A stretch of 19,868 nt of DNA from a virus (Duplodnaviria; Heunggongvirae; Uroviricota; Caudoviricetes): IMG/VR virus record IMGVR_UViG_3300013102_000006, positions 1-19,868 of that record; one strand, given 5' to 3'. Under the pieces are notes generated by a model. The model was not told where the DNA came from. It saw only the letters and a program-made list of their open reading frames with translations, and made no database searches. The first letter of the stretch is position 1, and every line of letters begins with the position of its first letter. The position numbers and the translations under genes were made by a program. Shown here one piece after another: positions 8,587 to 17,093 of the stretch.

Positions 8587-9429
8587 TTATACTCCTAGGA
8601 ATGCTGTTCTCCAGCGAAGGGTTCCAAATGATACATCGCTTGGGCCATCACTTGTAAACTCTATAGTGTTGTTTCCTTGCAGCAATCCCCACCATGTACT
8701 GTCATCTGTTCTGTATGATAGGATATTACTTCCATTGAGGGTGATTGTCCTTTGGTTCATGTCGATTATTATTTCATCATCAACATTCGAAGTCGTAACA
8801 TCTACTTCAACGAACTTGTTGTCAGTAAGATTAGTTATACGAGGGTTCTGAACTTGTCCAACAATCTTAAATTGTGGATAAATGATTGTATCGCCGCTAT
8901 TGACAGCAATCGCAGGAGTCGTACCTGGCGTCCAAGGCACTGGCATATCGTAGGCAGTAATATAACCACCACCGATAAGCTTGTATATAGGAAGTTCAAT
9001 CCATCCAGAGTCTGGGTCTAAGCCATCACCAGCATCGTATAGATAAGGGTCTGGAGCGATAAGCGTTATTTGGTATTGACCATGCTTAGGACCTATGATG
9101 TCCATCTTGAAGTCTTTTAGAAATGTCTGCGTGAAATAGTTTTTACCAGAGAAGCTTGTTATGAATAATGGTAGTGATTGTCGTATGTCAAGTGTCTGAG
9201 CAAGGTTATAGCGTATATCATCTGCTTCCTCGCAAGTACCAGATTTATAAAAGCCATTCAAAACGATTGTACGAGCTGTGTAGAATTGGCTTGATACATA
9301 TCCACCATCCCTACCAGACCAGTCTCCGTAACCTAAGCGGATAGGAGCTGCTTCAAGCCCAGATACAGGTGATTGGATATGATAATCAGTATCTTGGCCA
9401 AGCTCTAGGCCATTTAGCATAAATCTCAT
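8587..9429 (-). CDS. Distal tail protein (Dit)
   Basis: 280 aa immediately after the tape measure with TAATG coupling. Typical siphoviral Dit motifs: RDGGY, ARTIVLNG, APDPYLY, NSGDTIIYP, IDMNQRTITLNG, W-x-L-x-x-GNNTIEF. Confidence 0.85.
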   Translation of the reverse strand: MRFMLNGLELGQDTDYHIQSPVSGLEAAPIRLGYGDWSGRDGGYVSSQFYTARTIVLNGFYKSGTCEEADDIRYNLAQTLDIRQSLPLFITSFSGKNYFTQTFLKDFKMDIIGPKHGQYQITLIAPDPYLYDAGDGLDPDSGWIELPIYKLIGGGYITAYDMPVPWTPGTTPAIAVNSGDTIIYPQFKIVGQVQNPRITNLTDNKFVEVDVTTSNVDDEIIIDMNQRTITLNGSNILSYRTDDSTWWGLLQGNNTIEFTSDGPSDVSFGTLRWRTAFLGV

Positions 9430-12400
9430 TATAATTTACCTAATTCCCATGTTAGATTTCTGTTGACTTGGTCCATATCGATATCAGTGTATACTTGGTT
9501 CGTTTGGTTTATCGTTACGCCACTTCCAGCTACTGTCGATGAACCATTATCAAGTACAGAAGGCGCTAATTGTCTAGCGAATGTTTGAGTAGTGTTTACT
9601 GCGAAGTCTGCAGATGTTGTCCCAAGGCTGAATGCATCGGTTATGCTCGATGCGGAGCTTGAGGCGGCATTAACTGCGTCTTTAGTGCTGTCAGCGATAC
9701 CACCAGCAATACCAAGACCAAGCATCTTACCAACTTCATCGCGCATGACTCTTGATGGTGAATGAATACCAAAGAACTTCTTTATAGCATTCAATGCACC
9801 AGATGCAATATCAGTTATTGTCTTGACAACCTGGTCTTTTGCACCATTTATACCTCTTATAAGTCCAGCTATGATATCGCCACCAGCGACAACGAACTTG
9901 CTCAGTGAGTCTGATAGCTGAAGAACTATGTTACCAATTATTGATGCTACTGCTAGTAATATGTTTGGTATTGCTTGAATCATACCAGCAGCTACTCTAA
10001 GAACTATTTGGACACCAGCGCTTAGTATTGAGCCTAGGAATACGTTTATACCGCTTATGATTGCGTTCATAAGGTTACCGACCGCTCCTATGATTTGACC
10101 AAGATTGTCAACCAGTGCTTCAGCTAAAGTCAAGATTATTTGTAGGCCTGCGTCAATAATCATCGGTAAATTATCAATGATTGCGTTTAATATGGCGAGA
10201 GTGATTTCTACTACTGCATCTATTATCAGCGGAAGATTATCTATAATCGCAGTTGTAAGAGCAGTTATGATAAGTACTGCAGCGTTGATGATTAATGGTA
10301 GGTTATCAATTATAGCCTTGATAAGTGTCGTAATAAGAATTACAGTTGCATTAATAATCTCAGGTAAGTTCTGGATAATGCCATTCACTAGACCTTGTAC
10401 AAGTTGTACTGCCGCTGTAATAAGTAGCGGTAATGCGGTTATTATCGCATTAACAAGAGTCATTATGATTTGGACTGCAGCTGGTATAAGTGTAGGTAAG
10501 AACTTAATTAACTGTTCGAATAACCCAGTAATAATTTGTGTAGCAGCAGTAAGTATAGATGGGAGTGCTTTAGTAATACCGTTGATAAGTGCTACGATTA
10601 TTTGCACACCTGCATTTATAAGGTTAGGAATCTCCTTTAGTAGAACGCTTACAAGCTGAGGAATAAGCTTAGTTATTGCATCTACCACAACTGGTAATGC
10701 CTTTACTATTCCATCTACCACTGATTGTATAATCTTTATACCACCATCAATCAACGCTGGAAGACTCTTTATTATTGTCTTTACCAGCTCATCTATAAAT
10801 GTAACCGTGGCTGTGACGAGTTGTGGTATAGCGGTAATGATTGCATTTATTATTGCTTGTATCGCGATAACAATAGAATCGACTATCTTAGGTACGTTCG
10901 TGATTATCGCATCAATAATTCCTTGAGCAAGTGTGATTGCTGCATTGAATATGAGTGGTACGGCCGCAACAATAGTATTAACGAGCTGTATTATTATATT
11001 CGATACAGTTGTTACAAGCTGAGGAATGGCAGCTAATATGCCACTTACGAGCTCGAGCACTACTTGTACACCGACATTTAAGAGTAGTGGAAGGCCTTTT
11101 AGTATAGTGTCAACGATAGTAGCCACAAAAGTACCAAGTTGTTGTATAGCACCAGGCAATGCATCAGCAAATCCCTTTACAACATTAGGGATGTTAGCGA
11201 ATAATTGTTGGAACTGTTGCGCCGCTACACTCGTATCACCTAGTAGGAATAGAAGCGAGCCTAATGCAGCTACTGCAGTAAGTACTGGGCCTCCGAAGTC
11301 ATCGAATATTTGTATTACAGTGTTAAGGCTTCCACCTAATGCTGAGACATAAGTAATAACTGGCGTGAGTACCGCTATGAATGCTAAAGTTGTTATCACC
11401 GCGCTTTGTATGAAGCTAGGTAGCTCGTTAAATGCCTGTATGAGGTCAAATAATACCCCTAGGGCGGCTCCTACTACATTAGCTAAGGTTGTTATCACCT
11501 GGTTCGTAAGGTTCATCAGAGCGACGAATTCTCGTTGCCCTTCGACTGTCTTAAGCCAAGCGTTCATCTCATCAATGATGCCTGATAATGTCTGGATAAG
11601 CGAAACTCCAGCTTGTGATGATGTTTCGAATATAGTAACAAGGAGGCCGACAGTCGAACCTATTAATGAACCAAGAGTTTCAAATGCCTTGATACCAGTA
11701 TTGATAGCGTTGGTAAGCTCTTCTTGACCTTTTGTGCTTGTTGCATATGCGGCAAATAATTGGGACTGCTTAACGACCCATTCAGCGAGCATATTTGTAT
11801 AAGGAAGCCCGACCTCTACAAGGCCCGCAGTAGCTAAGGCAAGTGGCTCTACTGCTTTAGTTAGAGTAGTGGTAGCCTGGGCTGTTGTCTTAAGTGTATC
11901 AGATATAAGCTTCTGGAAGAACGGCTCTTTAGCAACTCGAGCTGCTTCTAGAGCAAGTCCATTCATTGCCTTTGCAGTATCCACCATTCCATCTTTTAGG
12001 ACTGGTAGGATAACAGTAGCAACTTCTTTCATCTGAGTGCCTAAATCTTTGAAGAGAGCTTTTTGTATCTCCTCTTGAATAGGAACGAACTCATCGTATA
12101 CTTCCTTGAACGCCTTAGCTAGTTCTTGTGCTTGAGGAGTAAGTTTTTCTAGGTCTTTTTGGAATAGTTTTTCATTCCCAACGTCGCCAAACGCTTTTCC
12201 TAGTCCACTTACAGCCACCTTAAGTGTACCGAATGCGCCTACTACTGGCGCAATGATACCAGGTGCTGCTAATGCTACCTGACCAGCTGCGGCTAATGCT
12301 CCAGCTAATTCAGTAACAGCACCACCTGCGGCAATGGCAGCAACAACAATAGAGGTCATGTTGAAACCTCTCATAGCTACGCCAAAGTTGCGAACAAGAC

Positions 12401-12590
12401 TGGCAGTTTGAGCCATCTCAGTACGAAATTCACGCAAACCTTTGTTTGCGCCTTTAGTACCATCATTGATGTCTTTGTCTACGGACTTCCCAGTTCTTCT
12501 TGCCTCTTCTCGTACTCGAGTAGTGACGATTTGGAAATCGGTGTCGTTGGCGGTAAGATACCAAGTAATTGTTCCGCCATCAGCGTTCAT
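9429..12590 (-). CDS. Tape measure protein
   Basis: 1053 aa, Ala/Ile/Leu-rich helical, with imperfect ~11/22-aa repeats (e.g. IIDNLPLIINAAVLIITALTTA). It carries the conserved C-terminal FFGIHSPSRVM motif and follows the chaperone genes. Confidence 0.95.
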   Translation of the reverse strand: MNADGGTITWYLTANDTDFQIVTTRVREEARRTGKSVDKDINDGTKGANKGLREFRTEMAQTASLVRNFGVAMRGFNMTSIVVAAIAAGGAVTELAGALAAAGQVALAAPGIIAPVVGAFGTLKVAVSGLGKAFGDVGNEKLFQKDLEKLTPQAQELAKAFKEVYDEFVPIQEEIQKALFKDLGTQMKEVATVILPVLKDGMVDTAKAMNGLALEAARVAKEPFFQKLISDTLKTTAQATTTLTKAVEPLALATAGLVEVGLPYTNMLAEWVVKQSQLFAAYATSTKGQEELTNAINTGIKAFETLGSLIGSTVGLLVTIFETSSQAGVSLIQTLSGIIDEMNAWLKTVEGQREFVALMNLTNQVITTLANVVGAALGVLFDLIQAFNELPSFIQSAVITTLAFIAVLTPVITYVSALGGSLNTVIQIFDDFGGPVLTAVAALGSLLFLLGDTSVAAQQFQQLFANIPNVVKGFADALPGAIQQLGTFVATIVDTILKGLPLLLNVGVQVVLELVSGILAAIPQLVTTVSNIIIQLVNTIVAAVPLIFNAAITLAQGIIDAIITNVPKIVDSIVIAIQAIINAIITAIPQLVTATVTFIDELVKTIIKSLPALIDGGIKIIQSVVDGIVKALPVVVDAITKLIPQLVSVLLKEIPNLINAGVQIIVALINGITKALPSILTAATQIITGLFEQLIKFLPTLIPAAVQIIMTLVNAIITALPLLITAAVQLVQGLVNGIIQNLPEIINATVILITTLIKAIIDNLPLIINAAVLIITALTTAIIDNLPLIIDAVVEITLAILNAIIDNLPMIIDAGLQIILTLAEALVDNLGQIIGAVGNLMNAIISGINVFLGSILSAGVQIVLRVAAGMIQAIPNILLAVASIIGNIVLQLSDSLSKFVVAGGDIIAGLIRGINGAKDQVVKTITDIASGALNAIKKFFGIHSPSRVMRDEVGKMLGLGIAGGIADSTKDAVNAASSSASSITDAFSLGTTSADFAVNTTQTFARQLAPSVLDNGSSTVAGSGVTINQTNQVYTDIDMDQVNRNLTWELGKL

Positions 12591-12596
12591 CTATTA

Positions 12597-12869
12597 TTAC
12601 CCTGCCATTTTCTTAAAGTGTTCTGATAATTTCTTTATACCCTGCCCCTTTTTGGTATGCGGAGCTGCCACAATTTGTACAAGGTTGTACATCTTTAGAG
12701 CATCTTGCTTTTGCGCTACATTGAGTAGCAGCACTATGTCTCTATATGGCAACTCTGCAGCCGTTTTTAGAGTATATTGTGGGTAATTGAGGCATACGAG
12801 TGCGTATAACTCTCTTTTACTCGTCTTTGGAGCTTGAGAAGGGACTTTTTGAGCCCGTACCCGCGCCAT
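12597..12869 (-). CDS. Second tail assembly chaperone (gpT-like position)
   Basis: 90 aa between chaperone 1 and the tape measure, with its own ATG and an upstream AAGGA. The function is inferred from synteny. Confidence 0.6.
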   Translation of the reverse strand: MARVRAQKVPSQAPKTSKRELYALVCLNYPQYTLKTAAELPYRDIVLLLNVAQKQDALKMYNLVQIVAAPHTKKGQGIKKLSEHFKKMAG

Positions 12870-12877
12870 ATTCTAAA

Positions 12878-13243
12878 CTATCCTTCTAGAGATAGTTCTG
12901 TCCGCACCATAGTATTGAAGTTACGCATCACTTTGATGTTCTCGTTCTTCAATGCATCGCGAATAGGAGTGTCGTGGTTTACAGCAGTAATAAGCCCGTA
13001 GATGAAGTTCTCGAGCTTATCACCTGCTTCTTTAGCCTTTTCTTTATACTGTTCCTCAATTTCTTGAGTTCCAGCATTGTCAGCTTGTCGCTGATATTCA
13101 GTTACTGCGTCAGAAAGTTCTTTCATTTCCTCTACTTCATGAGTAAGAGGATAACGTAGGAAGTATTCTTTGCCACGTAGGTCGAACCCTACGCCATCAT
13201 TAACATTGTCGGTTAAATCTGTATATTTCTTTTGTTGACTCAT
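12878..13243 (-). CDS. Tail assembly chaperone (gpG-like position)
   Basis: 121 aa acidic helical protein directly after the tail tube, with an AAAGGA RBS. It has an N-terminal FDLRGKEYFLRYP beta-motif typical of tail chaperones. Confidence 0.7.
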   Translation of the reverse strand: MSQQKKYTDLTDNVNDGVGFDLRGKEYFLRYPLTHEVEEMKELSDAVTEYQRQADNAGTQEIEEQYKEKAKEAGDKLENFIYGLITAVNHDTPIRDALKNENIKVMRNFNTMVRTELSLEG

Positions 13244-13275
13244 CGGTCGTATATCCTTTATGTTAAATTATTTGA

Positions 13276-13788
13276 CTAGCTTACTGAAGAAAGAGAGCCT
13301 TCTTTGAAGAACTGGATGTTACCAACACCTGGAGCAGGCTCACCAACGAATCGTACTGATACGGTTCGTACTGAGTTGTCTGCGAACTCCATAGAGTCAA
13401 TAACTGTTCGCGCGTTCTTAAGACGGAATACATCGCCTGGGTCACCACAAGAGATAACATCGAGGTCGTTGTAGGTTGGAGTAGTATCACAAGAAGCTGC
13501 CTGTACGTCAATAGCACCATCTTCGTCTGTTACTGTTTCACCACTTGACATTTGTTCACCATTTGCAACGAAATATTGCGGTAGAACAACTGCTAGAGAT
13601 GCAACGTCTGACTTAAGAAGAGTAAGCGTTACTGATGCCTTGATAGCACCTTCAACTGTATAGGTACCACCCTGTACAGTCTCGTAGTCGTTTGAGTTTT
13701 GCTCGTAATCGAGTGAGACTTCGCTAATGTCATATAGAGTGTTAGCGCCCCACTTAATTTCGAAGTTACCTTTTACTAGATTTGACAT
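13276..13788 (-). CDS. Major tail (tube) protein
   Basis: 170 aa acidic beta-rich protein between the tail terminator and the chaperones. Confidence 0.75.
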   Translation of the reverse strand: MSNLVKGNFEIKWGANTLYDISEVSLDYEQNSNDYETVQGGTYTVEGAIKASVTLTLLKSDVASLAVVLPQYFVANGEQMSSGETVTDEDGAIDVQAASCDTTPTYNDLDVISCGDPGDVFRLKNARTVIDSMEFADNSVRTVSVRFVGEPAPGVGNIQFFKEGSLSSVS

Positions 13789-13794
13789 CTGTTT

Positions 13795-14199
13795 TTAGCA
13801 CCTTTGTTTATAAGTTTTTATATTTACCTGTAGAAGTCCTGTTTCTCGGTCTTCGTCATCAATGTCACCATCATCTGGAAAGACGTCAACTTCTACACTA
13901 AGAACCTGATAGCCTTCAAGTTCCAAGCAATCCTGGCAGTTTATTAGCTCTTCTAGAGCGTATAACTTTTCTTCGACTTCCCTAGCTTTTACACTGCGGT
14001 AGTTAATAAGGAAGTTATATTGCTTGAGCATCTCTCCAGTTTTGTTCTTTGATATTGGAAATCCACCCGAAGGTATAATCCAATAGCACGAACTTGGCGT
14101 ATCTTTTGAATCTGGTACTCGGCGTAAATACAAGTCCTGTCCAAATGTAGCGACACCTTGGTCTTCTAACCACTGTATGAAAGACTGAGTGATTGTCAT
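13795..14199 (-). CDS. Tail terminator/tail completion protein
   Basis: 134 aa with the pattern WLEDQGVATFGQDLY...Y-x-F-x-I-x-Y-R...A. It sits directly before the tube gene. Confidence 0.7.
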   Translation of the reverse strand: MTITQSFIQWLEDQGVATFGQDLYLRRVPDSKDTPSSCYWIIPSGGFPISKNKTGEMLKQYNFLINYRSVKAREVEEKLYALEELINCQDCLELEGYQVLSVEVDVFPDDGDIDDEDRETGLLQVNIKTYKQRC

Positions 14200-14543
14200 G
14201 AACCAACCTTAGCCCTTCTGAAGTAATCTTCTGAGTTTCGTGTTACTTTCACTACTGACTCCTCTGCGAAGTGTGCCTGAGTTCCAGCAGTTGTGTATCT
14301 TTTTACTTCACCAGATGTATATCCGCGCTCTTGGTATTCGGCATACTTCTGACCCCATTTGATTGAACCGCGTTTGCCACCAGCTCTGACCACTACGTTT
14401 CTTCTCAAATCTCCCGTTAACATAGGTGTTATAGGAGTGGAAATCTCTTTTATATCGTTCAGCATAAATCTGATAGCCAACGGTACATTGGTCTTCATAT
14501 GCGTCTGGATATTAGCTGTCTTATCGTGTATTATATAAGCCAT
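14196..14543 (-). CDS. Neck protein (HK97 gp10-like/'minor capsid' family)
   Basis: 115 aa basic protein with TPMLTGDLRR and KYAEYQERG motifs characteristic of the family, in the expected position. Confidence 0.75.
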   Translation of the reverse strand: MAYIIHDKTANIQTHMKTNVPLAIRFMLNDIKEISTPITPMLTGDLRRNVVVRAGGKRGSIKWGQKYAEYQERGYTSGEVKRYTTAGTQAHFAEESVVKVTRNSEDYFRRAKVGS

Positions 14544-14914
14544 TAGAGTGCCTCTGTTTTCTTCAAGAAGATACGGACATTGTCAATCTGGTTACATCGA
14601 AGTTTATCTTGAGCGATAATTACTTTGGTAATCTTGTACCAGCTTTCCCCGTCAACAAAGTTGAATGGGTTAGCTACTATATTCATACCTTCGAGTCTGT
14701 ATGAGCGAGATGACACTTCAGGATTCGTGTAGTCAATGTACGCGTAAGCGTCAGAGTTGACAATATCTACTTGGTTAGAGTGACCGTGTCCAGTGTGTTG
14801 GAAGAAGTCACAAGCTAAGTCTGTCAGCTCTACTACGTCAGTATCACCATATCCATCAGGAGCGGTTGTATCAACGAGTTTAACCGTGTCTTTATAGCAA
14901 AGATACTTACTCAT
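14543..14914 (-). CDS. Head closure (stopper) protein
   Basis: 123 aa beta-rich protein directly after the adaptor. The call rests mainly on synteny. Confidence 0.65.
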   Translation of the reverse strand: MSKYLCYKDTVKLVDTTAPDGYGDTDVVELTDLACDFFQHTGHGHSNQVDIVNSDAYAYIDYTNPEVSSRSYRLEGMNIVANPFNFVDGESWYKITKVIIAQDKLRCNQIDNVRIFLKKTEAL

Positions 14915-15597
14915 GTTGGCATCACCACTACCGAGCCATACGGCCCAGCGTATCGCTTTAGTAGTAGGACGTTGTGAGGAAGCAACTCAGGTGACTTTAC
15001 GGCAGTATCTGTCTTAGTCCAAGAGTGTCCATCAACGCTCTGTGACTTCAAGTCTCTAGAGCAATCGATTTGATAGTCAATCATGTCACACCAGAGATAC
15101 ATAAGATCATCTGGATAACAGTCCAGCCAGTCAGCATCCACGGCTAGTTGTACACAATCATCACACTCACAATCGCATAGGCATTCTAGGCACTTTTCGA
15201 TATAGTTTCCTATACCATCACGCCCAAATTGCGGCTTAGCGTTAGTAAGCGTCTTCATTGTCACGAATTCAGCATCATTCTTTCCATATACGAGCTTTAC
15301 GCTATATATCTGCTTGAACGGATCGACATGGAAGTATCTATCAAGCTTGTTGTAGGTAAATAGCTTGATAACACCTTGTTCTTCGTCTGCAGGAAGTAAA
15401 TTAGATGTTTCTACATTTGGACAAGCACAATCTTGCTGTGCCTTGCCCAATTCATTGTAAAGGTTCTTAGGTTTAAGAGTGAACCCGAGCAATGTTTCTA
15501 GCATCGCTTTAGTACGACGAATCATTGCGTTGAATTCAGCCTGTTGTGATTCAGGAACTGTTTTGCCCGTAAGTTCGGTGTACTTATCAATGTTCAC
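14911..15597 (-). CDS. Head-tail adaptor (gp6/gp15-like), unusually Cys-rich
   Basis: First gene after the capsid, GTG start with a GAGGA RBS. It has an N-terminal helical segment and a C-terminal KSQSVDGHSWT...LLKRY adaptor-like end, and 11 Cys. Confidence 0.75.
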   Translation of the reverse strand: MNIDKYTELTGKTVPESQQAEFNAMIRRTKAMLETLLGFTLKPKNLYNELGKAQQDCACPNVETSNLLPADEEQGVIKLFTYNKLDRYFHVDPFKQIYSVKLVYGKNDAEFVTMKTLTNAKPQFGRDGIGNYIEKCLECLCDCECDDCVQLAVDADWLDCYPDDLMYLWCDMIDYQIDCSRDLKSQSVDGHSWTKTDTAVKSPELLPHNVLLLKRYAGPYGSVVVMPT

Positions 15598-15644
15598 TCT
15601 TAAATCCTCTTTTTGTTACTGTTTGTTTTTAACTAAGGTATCGA

Positions 15645-17093
15645 TTAGGATACGTTAGCTGTACCTTGACGGATACCAGCAACCTTGTTGCGGTCTAGGA
15701 ATGCACCACCACGGAAGAATGATCCACGTAGAACCAATTCGTTTCGTTGGTAAGCAGACTTAACAACACCACCATCTTCGTATGAAGCTTGGCTTGAGAT
15801 GTCGTATTGTAGACCACCACTTGTTCGTCCGCGGAACTGAGTAAGGTCAGCGTAGAATACAGCGTGGTTGATTACAACGTTTTGTCCGTTTACTTGTACA
15901 GTAACTGAGTCAGTACCACCTAGTGAAGGTAGAAGATCGTTTGGTACAACAATAAATGGCATACCGAAGATTGTTGGTATTCCACCACCAGTTAGGATTT
16001 CAGCAAGAGGCCCGTTAACACCTGCTCGTAGGGCGCGTGCCTTAAGTTCAGCGAACGTACGTGCGTTGAAGATAAGTGTACCACTTAGAGTAGTGTCAGA
16101 GATTTCAGTAAGGGCTTGTAGCCATACTGTTAGAGCGTTTGCGTCGTTTGATGGTGCGTATGGAACAGAGTTACCAGTTGCATCAACAGCTTGCTCAAGC
16201 TTAGCAATAACAAGTTGTGCACGCTTGCGATCGTAGTCAGTTCGGTACCCTTGAGCAACGTCTTGTAGAAGGTCAACAGCAGCAAAACGAGTTGCAGCAG
16301 TACATACTACTGATACAGCAGCAAGTTCTTCTAGGTCTTCAGTGTGTACAACTGTACCGTATTCACTAATTGGCTTAAGGTTACCATCTTCACCGTCATC
16401 ACAGAATGCAACGTTTTGCATGTTGATGTCACCAACGCGTTCTGTCCATGCGAATGAGATTGAGTCAGTTTCTGTCCAGTTAGTTGCACTTAGAAGCGCT
16501 GTGTAGTCATTACGTACACCAACGATTGTTGTGTAAAGTTCTGGAGAGATAACGAAGTTACCGATGTCAGCAAGAGTCATAGAGTTTCGGTAGATACCCT
16601 TTTCCTTACCTGCTTCAAGGTTTACTTCGTTGATTTGTCGGAGTTCTTCCCAAGCTGGGAGGCTGTTGCCCTTAATGGCGTTCCAAGCAGCTGATACCTG
16701 AGCGTCGTATCGCTCTTCAGAACTCATCTTTGTGTATTTGTTTTCAGTTTTTTCCACTTTTGCGGTCTCTTCTTTTTTGAATTTTGGTGCTTGAGCAGCT
16801 GTATCGAAAGCATTCTTAGCTTCCTCTCGTGCTGACTCAAGTTGCTTGTCAAAATCAGCTTTTAGGCCAGTTGTGACTTCAGCTACAGCATTTTTAACTG
16901 CTTCAGCTAGAGCGTTTTGGTCAACAGTTGGTTGTTCAACCTTTGGTTCTTCAACTTTTGGAGCTTCTTCTACATTAGGAGCTTCGGCAACTGGTTCTTC
17001 AACCTTAACCTCTTCCTTTGGAGCTTCAACTACTGGAGTCTCAACCTTTGGTTCTTCAACAGCAGGTGTTTCTACCTTTTTGTCTTCGTCCAT
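15645..17093 (-). CDS. Putative nested in-frame product: scaffold/delta domain plus major capsid protein (482 aa)
   Basis: In-frame ATG at 17093 (Met377, MDEDKKVETP...) with AGGA 7 nt upstream (17101-17104), exactly at the boundary before the scaffold-like region. Confidence 0.55.
   Translation of the reverse strand: MDEDKKVETPAVEEPKVETPVVEAPKEEVKVEEPVAEAPNVEEAPKVEEPKVEQPTVDQNALAEAVKNAVAEVTTGLKADFDKQLESAREEAKNAFDTAAQAPKFKKEETAKVEKTENKYTKMSSEERYDAQVSAAWNAIKGNSLPAWEELRQINEVNLEAGKEKGIYRNSMTLADIGNFVISPELYTTIVGVRNDYTALLSATNWTETDSISFAWTERVGDINMQNVAFCDDGEDGNLKPISEYGTVVHTEDLEELAAVSVVCTAATRFAAVDLLQDVAQGYRTDYDRKRAQLVIAKLEQAVDATGNSVPYAPSNDANALTVWLQALTEISDTTLSGTLIFNARTFAELKARALRAGVNGPLAEILTGGGIPTIFGMPFIVVPNDLLPSLGGTDSVTVQVNGQNVVINHAVFYADLTQFRGRTSGGLQYDISSQASYEDGGVVKSAYQRNELVLRGSFFRGGAFLDRNKVAGIRQGTANVS

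Noticed and set aside
10100-11200. Repeats within the tape measure as a novel repeat element
   Set aside because: Imperfect 11/22-aa helical repeats are a standard tape measure feature.
922-14206. Alternate-frame minus-strand ORFs 922-1125, 13281-13520, 14015-14206
   Set aside because: Nested in other frames of better-supported genes, with no independent signals.
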